This document shows, piece by piece, positions 54,617 through 62,489 of a stretch of DNA of 64,000 nucleotides. The DNA is from an uncultured Pseudomonadales bacterium (GTDB lineage Bacteria; Patescibacteriota; Microgenomatia; UBA1400; UBA12108): NCBI GenBank assembly GCA_964349305.1, contig CAYGFS010000002.1:425-64424 (forward strand), given 5' to 3'. Position 1 is the first letter of the stretch. Each line of letters opens with the position of its first letter. The notes beneath the pieces were generated by a model that ran no database searches, was not told the DNA's origin, and saw only the letters and a list, made by a program, of their open reading frames with translations. A program made the position numbers and the translations under genes.

Positions 54617-54620
54617 ATGT

Positions 54621-54929
54621 TTAGTTTAAGATAGATACTCCGGTAATGACCTGGATAATTTGGATTATCCAGTAGGAACCAAAGAGTACCAACATGCCCA
54701 TTATAGCAGAGGTGATAACTTTGGTGCCATCGGCGATTTTGTCTTTGTTGCCGGCGTTGGCTATGATGGTGAATCCACCGAAGAGAATCATGAAGAAAAT
54801 AACAACTCCGCCGGCGATATAGACGTTGGGGAGAATGTTGTTGACTAGACTCCCTGCTCCAGAATATTCTGAGTTGGCGGAGGAACCTTGGAAGAGCAAT
54901 TTATCGCCAAGATTGAAGGATGTTGCCAT
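54621..54929 (-). CDS. VirB2/TrbC-like T4SS pilin paralog (divergent; first gene of the array)
   Basis: ...LFGGFTIIANAGNKDKIADGTKVITSAIMGMLVL... Confidence 0.6.
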   Translation of the reverse strand: MATSFNLGDKLLFQGSSANSEYSGAGSLVNNILPNVYIAGGVVIFFMILFGGFTIIANAGNKDKIADGTKVITSAIMGMLVLFGSYWIIQIIQVITGVSILN

Positions 54930-55057
54930 GGGAAAATTATAGCACCTTGATTACTCATCAATCCAAACAATTTTGCAGTACTCACAGCTTTCTGGATAGA
55001 CCAGATGAGACGCTCCGTGCTTAAAATTATTTGGACTTGATGAGTTTTTGGTAGAAT
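54930..55057. promoter_or_regulatory. divergent promoter region between the pilin array and the ECF sigma gene, with extended -10 (TGGTAGAAT)
   Basis: TTGGAC-N15/16-TGgTAGAAT on the plus strand, ending 1-7 nt before the sigma-factor start codons (GTG 55058 / ATG 55064). Confidence 0.4.
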
Positions 55058-55597
55058 GTGCTGATGGACTTAATTGTAAAAGAGGTTTTGGAAGGGAAGA
55101 AGGGCGCGGCGACGGCTTTTTACCGGGCGTATGCGGCGAAACTGAGGAGATATTTGTTAGTTAAATTGCCTGAGTCGGAAGTGGAAGAGATCTTGCAAGA
55201 CACTTTTCTATCTGCATTTGATAGTTTGGCGCTGTATCGAGGCGAATCTAGTGTTTACACTTGGTTACTATCGATTGCTCGGCACGAAGTGGCTGACTTT
55301 TACCGCAAACGATATGTGCGAGAGGTTGTGGAGAAAACATCGCCGCTGTTTGAGAATATGGTGTCAGAAGTGATGTCGCCTGAATTTGTCTATGAAAAAA
55401 AGAAACTGGAGAGACGATTTATGGGAGCTTACAGAGCACTATCGACACAATATCAGGATGTGCTGTCGTATAGATATGAGCTGTCGATGAGCGTGCGCGA
55501 GATTGCCAATCGAATGGAACTAGGTCTAAAGGCGACAGAATCGCTATTGTTTAGGGCAAGAATCGCATTTAGAGCAGAATATGAAAGCAGAGCGTAA
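55058..55597 (+). CDS. ECF-type RNA polymerase sigma factor (sigma-70 regions 2 and 4)
   Basis: Region 2 ...ILQDTFLSAFDSLALYRGESSVYTWLLSIARHEVADFYRK. Region 4 ...LSYRYELSMSVREIANRMELGLKATESLLFRARIAFR. Confidence 0.75.
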   Translation: MLMDLIVKEVLEGKKGAATAFYRAYAAKLRRYLLVKLPESEVEEILQDTFLSAFDSLALYRGESSVYTWLLSIARHEVADFYRKRYVREVVEKTSPLFENMVSEVMSPEFVYEKKKLERRFMGAYRALSTQYQDVLSYRYELSMSVREIANRMELGLKATESLLFRARIAFRAEYESRA

Positions 55598-55814
55598 CTT
55601 TATACAAGAGCTAGAGGATAAGGCGAGAGAACAGCAAAGGTTGGTGCAGACAGAATTGATCCCGGGTTGGGCGAGGGGACTAGGAGGGTGGCTGGCGGTA
55701 AATCCGTGGAGAGTACTCGTGCCGGCAGCGGCGGTTTTATATGTTTTGTTGCGAGTGGGTATGGGAGTGGGATACAGAGACTTTATTCTTGGATTGTTTG
55801 GAGGATTTAATTAA
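55581..55814 (+). CDS. small single-TM protein, candidate anti-sigma factor
   Basis: Immediately downstream of, and overlapping, the ECF sigma gene. One TM (VLVPAAAVLYVLLRVGMGV). Confidence 0.35.
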   Translation: MKAERNFIQELEDKAREQQRLVQTELIPGWARGLGGWLAVNPWRVLVPAAAVLYVLLRVGMGVGYRDFILGLFGGFN

Positions 55815-56153
55815 ATGAACCAATATACCAATAAACCATTAAACAATTGGGGCGCGATGGGGGCGTGGATGGCGTATGTCTGGAGTGTGACCCTGGCGGG
55901 GCTGGCGATCCACCCGTACCAGTCGGTGCGACGGATGGTGCTGAACAAGCCAGTATTATTGCCGGTGGCGCTGTCACCAGTCCTGGGACTCCTTGGATTA
56001 TTTGTGACGGGAAGAGTGGGGAGTTATGTATTTACCCTGGGTTCAATCGGGCGGGAAATGGTGGCGATGGTGCTGGGAAGCACGCTGATTGGATTATTGT
56101 TGTGGCAAGGACTCTTATTGTTCTTGGTGGTGAGGTTTTGGCGGGCGAGGTAA
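55815..56153 (+). CDS. small membrane protein (3 TM)
   Basis: Hydrophobic ORF in the same operon as the sigma/anti-sigma pair. Confidence 0.35.
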   Translation: MNQYTNKPLNNWGAMGAWMAYVWSVTLAGLAIHPYQSVRRMVLNKPVLLPVALSPVLGLLGLFVTGRVGSYVFTLGSIGREMVAMVLGSTLIGLLLWQGLLLFLVVRFWRAR

Positions 56154-56682
56154 TTTTAGAGAATGATTTGGTGGTGGTGGGCGACTAAGTTTGGATATGC
56201 ATATGCAAAATCAAGAGTATTCGGCACCCGCAGTTTGGAGGGAACATAAAAGATTGTGGTTGTTAAATCAAGCAAGTCTGAGGATTGCGATGGCGGATGC
56301 GAAGGAGAAAATGTTACAAAATGAAAGTGAGTATGAGGAAAATTTAGGGGTTGGCTTAATAACTCAAGTCTTGGCGTCAGAAGTTGTGGCTAACGAATGA
56401 TTTTTGCCGGTTGCTAGGACTAGTTGATTTCAGTGCTACGAAAAACATAATTTTGGAGGTAAGCATGTCAGTTGAAGCACAAGTGGAGCGAATATTAGGT
56501 TTACAGTTGTTACCTCAAGCACTGTATGAAATGAAGCTGGAAGTAGAGGCGAGAATTGATGCACACATTGATTTGTTATCAGCCTCGAACACTGCTAGAG
56601 GCAATGATTATTGTGAAGTGCTTGAGGCGTTGGAACAAATAATTAGAGCGATCGAATGATTTTTGGAAAATATGCGACTTAA

Positions 56683-57252
56683 TTGTTTATGAATAGACAG
56701 GTTGTGCTGGTTGATGTGCTGGATAAGGAGCTAGGGTTGGCGGATATTTATGAAGCACACATGGGGAAGGGTTTAAAACACAGGGCTCTTTCGGTGATTT
56801 TGTATCGTAGAGTGAATGGGAAAACAGAACTATTGCACCAGAAGAGGGCGGATGCCAAGCCGGTGTTCAAGGGGCTCTGGAGCAATACATGTTGTACCAA
56901 CTTGAGACCAGGAGATGAGTATTTGTCCAGAGCAGTATCGCGACTTGAAGAGGAGATGGGAATTAAAATATCTCAAGTCGACTTACGCATACTTTATCGA
57001 TTTAGCTACGAGGCTCAGGATGTAAACCGTCCAGGATGGTGTGAGAACGAGGTTGACACGGTAATTGTGGCAGAGTGGGACAGCGAAGTAAAACCAAACC
57101 CAGCGGAGGCCTCGGACTACAAATGGATTGAGTGGGAAGAGTTGAAAAAAGATATAGAAGTAAGTCCGGACACCTATTCACCTTGGCACAAAATGATTAT
57201 TAATGATCCACGGTTTGTGGAGGAGGTAAAAAATGTGCCAATCATGCGATAA
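56683..57252 (+). CDS. idi: isopentenyl-diphosphate delta-isomerase, type 1 (Nudix fold)
   Basis: ...HRALSVILYRRVNGKTELLHQKRADAKPVFKGLWSNTCCTNLRPGDEY...AVSRLEEEMGI. The catalytic Cys-containing NTCC motif and the EEMG glutamate are as in IDI-1. Confidence 0.8.
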   Translation: MFMNRQVVLVDVLDKELGLADIYEAHMGKGLKHRALSVILYRRVNGKTELLHQKRADAKPVFKGLWSNTCCTNLRPGDEYLSRAVSRLEEEMGIKISQVDLRILYRFSYEAQDVNRPGWCENEVDTVIVAEWDSEVKPNPAEASDYKWIEWEELKKDIEVSPDTYSPWHKMIINDPRFVEEVKNVPIMR

Positions 57253-57468
57253 ACTTAAATCACAGGGGGTAGTAATTCCAGCTAATCCACCTGAGCACAA
57301 TAACGCTTACCTGGAAGGTGATATCCCCGTGTTTGTGAGTGGTAAGGAACTTGTAGCCTGGTTTGAACAAAAATTTGTTCACGCTGCGTTTGGTGATGCC
57401 GCGTGGGATGGTCAACCAAGGTTTGATGGTCAGGTTTTACACATCGACGCTTACAATTAAGTCTGTAT

Positions 57469-58263
57469 ATGAAGAAACTAATTCTACTTAAAATAGGAGG
57501 AGGAGTAATAACAGACAAGAGCGTACATTACGGCTTGAGGGAAGATGTGTTGGTCAGACTAGCGAAGGAGATAAGCGAAGCCCAGAGCGAACTGAAGGGC
57601 ACAAAACTCATTATAGGTAATGGGGCTGGTAGTTTTGCCCACTTTTCGGCACACAAATATCGGACAACGGAAGGGTTTGTAAACGATGATAGTCGGATAG
57701 GGATGGGGTGGGTAAGGCACGACGCGGTGAAACTGAATCAAATAGTATTTGAACAACTTTTGACTGCAAATGTGCCGGTTTTTTCCTTTTCACCGTCATC
57801 TTTGATGAGCGTACACAACGGCAAAACTAAGACGGTTTTTATGGATTCTGTAATTGATGCCATGGAAAAAGGGATTGTGCCACTAGTGTATGGGGATGTG
57901 GTGGTGGACTCTATGAAAGGGTGCGACGTGTATTCGACGGAAAAAGTATTTGACGAACTAGCAAAGTATTTTACTGAGGACTACGAGGTAAGGGTAATCC
58001 ACATCAGTTCGGAGGAAGGGGTATATAAAAAGGGGCAAGCGAGTGTGTTTAGCGAGATTAGTGGGGCCAATATTGAGGAAGTAAAAAAACATTTGGGAGG
58101 ATCACACGGGGTGGACGTATCGGGAGGGATGCTACATAAGGTAGAGGAGTGTTTGGAACTAACAAAACTAGGGATAACTAGTCAAATAGTGAGCGGGATG
58201 ATTCCCGAGCGAGTGCGCGAGGCAATACTAGGCAAGAAAGTGAAAGGAACGACCATCAAATGA
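57469..58263 (+). CDS. isopentenyl phosphate kinase (amino-acid-kinase fold)
   Basis: MKKLILLKIGGGVITDKSVHYGL... and ...LIIGNGAGSFAHFSAHKY match the archaeal-type IPK N-terminal and His-containing motifs. Confidence 0.7.
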   Translation: MKKLILLKIGGGVITDKSVHYGLREDVLVRLAKEISEAQSELKGTKLIIGNGAGSFAHFSAHKYRTTEGFVNDDSRIGMGWVRHDAVKLNQIVFEQLLTANVPVFSFSPSSLMSVHNGKTKTVFMDSVIDAMEKGIVPLVYGDVVVDSMKGCDVYSTEKVFDELAKYFTEDYEVRVIHISSEEGVYKKGQASVFSEISGANIEEVKKHLGGSHGVDVSGGMLHKVEECLELTKLGITSQIVSGMIPERVREAILGKKVKGTTIK

Positions 58264-58973
58264 CGTTGGAAAAAACAAAAATACCCAAACACGTAGCCAT
58301 TATTATGGATGGAAATCGGAGGTGGGCGAAGAAACGAGGACTTGCGGCCGTGGCGGGACATGCATTTGCGGTTGATTCGGTAACAGAACAACTGATTGAG
58401 CGAGCGGGTGAACTGGGAATAAAATATTTAACACTATGGGCATTTAGTACGGAAAATTGGAAGAGAGATAAGGATGAAGTGGATGGGCTAATGAATTTGT
58501 TTCGCAAAGCCCTTATGACCAAAGTGCAGAAATTTATTGAGAAGGGAGCTAAGCTACAGATGATAGGCGACATGTCCCGATTTGCACCAGATATCCAAGA
58601 AGGGATGAAAAAAGCGATGGCGGCAAGTGCCCAAAACACCAAAATTACGGTGACGTTTGCACTGAATTATGGGGGAAGGGATGAGATTGTGAGGGCGGTA
58701 AATCGGTTAATGGTTGACCGCAAAAGTTCCGATCACTCGCCTATAATCACGCAAGGATCGGAACTAGAACAATACCTAGATACGGCAGGAATGCCGGATC
58801 CAGATCTGATCATAAGAACGGGAGGAGAGCAGAGGCTGTCGGGGTTCCTCATGTGGCAGGCGGCATATAGTGAATTGTATTTTACGGAGATATTGTTTCC
58901 GGATTTTGGGCCGGAACAACTAGATGGCGCAATTGAAGAGTTTCAAAGTAGGCAGAGACGATTTGGGAAGTAG
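58260..58973 (+). CDS. uppS: undecaprenyl-diphosphate synthase (cis-prenyltransferase)
   Basis: HVAIIMDGNRRWAKKRGL. ...TLWAFSTENWKRDKDEV. C-terminal RTGGEQRLSGFLMWQAAYSELYF. Confidence 0.9.
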   Translation: MTLEKTKIPKHVAIIMDGNRRWAKKRGLAAVAGHAFAVDSVTEQLIERAGELGIKYLTLWAFSTENWKRDKDEVDGLMNLFRKALMTKVQKFIEKGAKLQMIGDMSRFAPDIQEGMKKAMAASAQNTKITVTFALNYGGRDEIVRAVNRLMVDRKSSDHSPIITQGSELEQYLDTAGMPDPDLIIRTGGEQRLSGFLMWQAAYSELYFTEILFPDFGPEQLDGAIEEFQSRQRRFGK

Positions 58974-58976
58974 ATT

Positions 58977-59276
58977 TTAAGAAAGTATGCTCACCTTAAA
59001 TATCACTTGGAGGATCTGGGCGATCCAGTAGGAGAGGAAGATGACAAAGAATCCAACGAGCGAGCTGGTGACCATCTTCTTACCTTTTTCCTGAGATTCC
59101 TTGTCCGCTGCGCCAGTCAGCATAGTGAAGCCGCCCATCACGAGCATGCCAAAGAGGATCAGACCAGCAACAGAGAGGAGAGTGGGGAGAAAACTGTTGA
59201 TAATGCCGCCAATACTGTCGCTGCCGCTATTTAAGCCAATGGCTTGGTTATAGTCTCCGTAGGGTATGTCGGCCAT
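58977..59276 (-). CDS. VirB2/TrbC-like T4SS pilin paralog
   Basis: ...VMGGFTMLTGAADKESQEKGKKMVTSSLVGFFVI... Confidence 0.6.
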   Translation of the reverse strand: MADIPYGDYNQAIGLNSGSDSIGGIINSFLPTLLSVAGLILFGMLVMGGFTMLTGAADKESQEKGKKMVTSSLVGFFVIFLSYWIAQILQVIFKVSILS

Positions 59277-59295
59277 ATGTTATCCTCCAGTGTAC

Positions 59296-59703
59296 TTAAA
59301 ATCCTGGTAATTGAATGATATCACCAGCAATAATTTTGAGGAGGGTGACCGAAAAAATAATAAAGAGTAATCCGGTGATGGCGCCGGTAAAGAGTTCTTT
59401 GCCTTTTTTGACTTGCTCGGCATTGTCGCCACCCGTCATGATTTGAATGGTGGCGGCCAGCATGATGACTAGCGAGATGGCGCCTGCGGTGCCGGCAAGA
59501 AAAGTAAGTAGCTGAGCCGTGAATCCCTGAGTGTCAACACTCATACAGCCAAGGGCGGTTTCGATCCCTTTGCCGCCATTGCATTCTTGGGGGCCTGCCG
59601 CGTGAGCAAAATAGGGAAAGATGAGACCCGCCGCCGCTAAAGCTAGAGCGGGCAAGTATGTTAGGATGGTAGCATGCCTGTGCTCTGGAAAAAACTTTTT
59701 CAT
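59296..59703 (-). CDS. VirB2/TrbC-like T4SS pilin paralog (closest relative of the C-terminus of the 960-aa protein)
   Basis: Signal peptide ending AHAAGPQ. ...LAATIQIMTGGDNAEQVKKGKELFTGAITGLLFIIFSVTLLKIIAGDIIQLPGF. Confidence 0.65.
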   Translation of the reverse strand: MKKFFPEHRHATILTYLPALALAAAGLIFPYFAHAAGPQECNGGKGIETALGCMSVDTQGFTAQLLTFLAGTAGAISLVIMLAATIQIMTGGDNAEQVKKGKELFTGAITGLLFIIFSVTLLKIIAGDIIQLPGF

Positions 59704-61386
59704 ATTGGATTAATTGCCATCTTTGTAACGGCTTTTATTGTATCATACCAGACAGCTAGCGCCGAAAGTTTGGAGGAGATCGAAAAGCAAATAGCCGACC
59801 TGCAGCAGCAAATGCAGCAGTCGGTGGCGGCCACGACTCCGCTTGAGTCAGAAGTGGCCAAGCTAAGTAAACAACTGGGTGGAATACAGGCTCAAATAAG
59901 GGATTCAGAAGTTAGACTCCAGACACTAGAAGCTAGTATTAAGGACAGAGACCAAAAAATTAAATCACAGTATGTTGTACTGGCAGCGAAGGTGCGAGAC
60001 TTGTACAAAAAATCGCGGCACTACTCACCACTCCTCGTATTTGCGTCGTCGAGTAGTGCGAGTGAACTCACCAGAGGGTTGGCATATAAGGCGGCGGGGG
60101 CGGATGAAGACAAAAACCTGATTGTAAACATTACCACCGATATTTTGAGTTTAGAAGCGGATAAGAAGAAAATTGAAGCAGATAAAATTAGGCTCGCGGG
60201 ACTCCAAGCAAAACTAGATACGCAGAAAGCCTTTTTTGAAAAAGAGATTGCAGGGGCAAAGAAGTGGCAGGCAGAGCTGTCGGGGAAAATTGCGACGCTT
60301 ACGGCAAAACAACAAGCAATTTTGTCGGAGAAATCGGGAACGTTTCAGACTACGGTAGGGGACGTACCTCTCGCGGATGACCCGGCGTCGCGTCCGGATT
60401 ATAACCCTGGATTTTCACCTGCTTTTGCGATGTTTAGCTTTGGGGCGCCGCATTTTAAAGGAATGAGTCAGTACGGAGCCTTTGGTCGTGCCAAGTCAGG
60501 TCAGACATATGAACAAATACTGAAAGCCTACTATGGCGGAGGGATAGAGATTAAAGACCACAATCCAGACGTACAAATAAAGGTTGATGGATATGGGAGT
60601 TTTAGTTTAGAGGATTATGCGAAGAGGATTTATGAAATGCCGGGGAGTTGGGGGGATGAGGGTGGGATGGAAGCACTCAAAGCACAGGCGATTGCGGCGA
60701 GGAGTTATGCCCTGGCGCGGACTAATAACGGAGCTACCTCGATTTGTGCGACCGAAGCATGTCAGGTATTTAAGCCGAGCCCTAAGGGCGGTAAATGGGA
60801 AGAAGCGGTCAATGCCACTAGGGGTAAAGTGGTATATGCTGGTGGATCGCCGTTGTCGACCTGGTATGCTTCTACCTCGGGCGGTTACCAGGAGTCGTAT
60901 AGCGCGAATGGTCATTCTACCCCGGGATTTTGGGATACTCCGTCAGGCCAAGCGGGCTGGACTGGGCAGGCCTACGAAAAAACAGCCGGGAGTCCGTGGT
61001 TTTATAAGGCTTGGTACAAATCGAGATCAGGAGACGCCTGTGGCAGAACTCACCCATGGCTGAATAGTGAAGAAATGGCAGATATTTTAAACGCTTGGCA
61101 CGTGTTGTTTAGTGGCGGCGGCGACGCTAGCCGAGTGACGCCGGAGTCTGGGTGTTGGGGAGGCAACCCCTACACTAAAGCCGATTTGCGCGGAATAGGT
61201 GGGTTTAGCAGTGTATCAGGAGTGAGCGTGACGTATGCGAACAACGGGGTCACGGCCAACGTGACGTTCCAGACGAATAAGGGGTCAACCACGATGTCGG
61301 GGGCCGATTTCCGGAAAGCTTTTAACCTGCGGGCACCGGGGAGGATATCGCTCAAATCGGGGTTGTTTAATGTGGAGAAAAAATAG
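59674..61386 (+). CDS. SpoIID/LytB-domain cell-wall hydrolase/amidase enhancer with N-terminal TM and coiled-coil region
   Basis: SpoIID motif ...GMSQYGAFGRAKSGQTYEQILKAYYGG. N-terminal signal-anchor and Gln/Lys-rich coiled coil (PcsB-like). Start may be an internal GTG, given the 30-bp overlap with the pilin gene. Confidence 0.65.
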   Translation: MPVLWKKLFHIGLIAIFVTAFIVSYQTASAESLEEIEKQIADLQQQMQQSVAATTPLESEVAKLSKQLGGIQAQIRDSEVRLQTLEASIKDRDQKIKSQYVVLAAKVRDLYKKSRHYSPLLVFASSSSASELTRGLAYKAAGADEDKNLIVNITTDILSLEADKKKIEADKIRLAGLQAKLDTQKAFFEKEIAGAKKWQAELSGKIATLTAKQQAILSEKSGTFQTTVGDVPLADDPASRPDYNPGFSPAFAMFSFGAPHFKGMSQYGAFGRAKSGQTYEQILKAYYGGGIEIKDHNPDVQIKVDGYGSFSLEDYAKRIYEMPGSWGDEGGMEALKAQAIAARSYALARTNNGATSICATEACQVFKPSPKGGKWEEAVNATRGKVVYAGGSPLSTWYASTSGGYQESYSANGHSTPGFWDTPSGQAGWTGQAYEKTAGSPWFYKAWYKSRSGDACGRTHPWLNSEEMADILNAWHVLFSGGGDASRVTPESGCWGGNPYTKADLRGIGGFSSVSGVSVTYANNGVTANVTFQTNKGSTTMSGADFRKAFNLRAPGRISLKSGLFNVEKK

Positions 61387-61402
61387 TGATTCGGAAAACC
61401 TC

Positions 61403-61526
61403 GTCCGACGAAAATTTGTGAGCTCCGGTATTATTTTGGATAGAGTACAAAATACTTGCCTACTGAAGTGTCGCGCATTTTGTTTAAAGGAAAAATAATA
61501 GTGTCGCCAAAATTTTATCAGTCGAG
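61403..61526 (+). mobile_element. ~123-bp MITE-like element (copy 2)
   Basis: About 95% identical over ~112 bp to 34115-34237, same orientation. The terminal inverted repeat is less perfect here. Confidence 0.6.
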
Positions 61527-61576
61527 TTTTTCTCTATCTAGATATCTACTCAAGTGGATTGTGCTAACATATACTC

Positions 61577-62254
61577 ATGGCAGAGATATTTAACGCGAAG
61601 GATAAAGTAAAGGCAGCGGAGATAGAGGTAAAACATGGCCTACACGAGCGAGTGTCGGTCAAACAACTGCGAACTATCCTAGCTAAAACTGGGTCGGACG
61701 GATTGTTTACCTGTTATGCGACCTTCCCTCCCGATACTCATTTTGAGTCACAGGAACTGGGGGAAGTGGTTATTTTGTTTTTACGCCAGCACCTCATTAC
61801 CAACTTGCCTTGGGTGTTGATAGTGACACTCGCACTGTCGATACCTTCTGTGTTTAGTTTTTTCCCGCCTTTTGCGGCGCTCCCCACCAACTATCAGTTT
61901 GTCTTGATGGTGATGTGGTATCTGTTTGTGTCGGGCTATACCCTAGCCAAATTGATGGGGTGGTTTTTTAATATTTATCTCCTGACGGATGAGCGGATCG
62001 TGGATATCGACTTTATCAACGTCTTATTTAGAAAGGTCTCAACGGCAAAAATAGAAGAGATCCAAGACGTAAGTATAGAAGCGAGCGGGACTTTCCAGAC
62101 TCTATTTAACTACGGCAGTATTTTTATACAGACGGCCGCTGAGGTGCCGGAATTTGATTTTGTAAATATTCCCAAGCCAGACAAAGTGGGGACGGTGATC
62201 AGTCAAATGATAGATCAGGAAGAGCAAGAGAAAATTGAAGGCAGGGTAAAATAA
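61577..62254 (+). CDS. membrane protein with two N-terminal TM helices and a C-terminal bacterial-PH-like (bPH_2/YdbS-like) domain
   Basis: TM pair (WVLIVTLALSIPSVFSFF; FVLMVMWYLFVSGYTLAKLMGWFF), followed by ...ERIVDIDFINVLFRKVSTAKIEEIQDVSIEASGTFQTLFNYGSIFIQTA.... Confidence 0.4.
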   Translation: MAEIFNAKDKVKAAEIEVKHGLHERVSVKQLRTILAKTGSDGLFTCYATFPPDTHFESQELGEVVILFLRQHLITNLPWVLIVTLALSIPSVFSFFPPFAALPTNYQFVLMVMWYLFVSGYTLAKLMGWFFNIYLLTDERIVDIDFINVLFRKVSTAKIEEIQDVSIEASGTFQTLFNYGSIFIQTAAEVPEFDFVNIPKPDKVGTVISQMIDQEEQEKIEGRVK

Positions 62255-62255
62255 T

Positions 62256-62486
62256 ATGGAACAACTACTGATATTTTTTGACAACTTTACGATTTTGACT
62301 CTGGTTAAATTATTGGTGGTGGTGCTCCTGGGCGTGTATGGGATTTTTGCCGGGCTCATGGCACTACAAATTAAGGCCATGACCAAGGCGATCACCATGA
62401 AAGACGATTTCTTGATCCAAGTTTTGGGATTTTTACATTTGATTTTTGCGATTCTGGTGTTTTTGATGGCGGTGTTTATACTTTAA
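62256..62486 (+). CDS. small hydrophobic protein (76 aa, 2 TM)
   Basis: ORF tightly coupled to the upstream gene (start 2 nt after its stop). Confidence 0.3.
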   Translation: MEQLLIFFDNFTILTLVKLLVVVLLGVYGIFAGLMALQIKAMTKAITMKDDFLIQVLGFLHLIFAILVFLMAVFIL

Positions 62487-62489
62487 AAT

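Noticed and set aside
60607-61063. Arg-rich ORFs (60607-60915 minus, 60617-61063 plus) inside the SpoIID-domain gene
   Set aside because: Alternate-frame or antisense artefacts of a confidently assigned gene.
34115-61526. Calling the repeat-flanked T4SS region a bona fide integrative conjugative element
   Set aside because: No integrase or recombinase, relaxase, VirD4 coupling ATPase, oriT or tRNA target could be found in the window. The region also contains housekeeping isoprenoid genes. Reported only as a repeat-flanked module.
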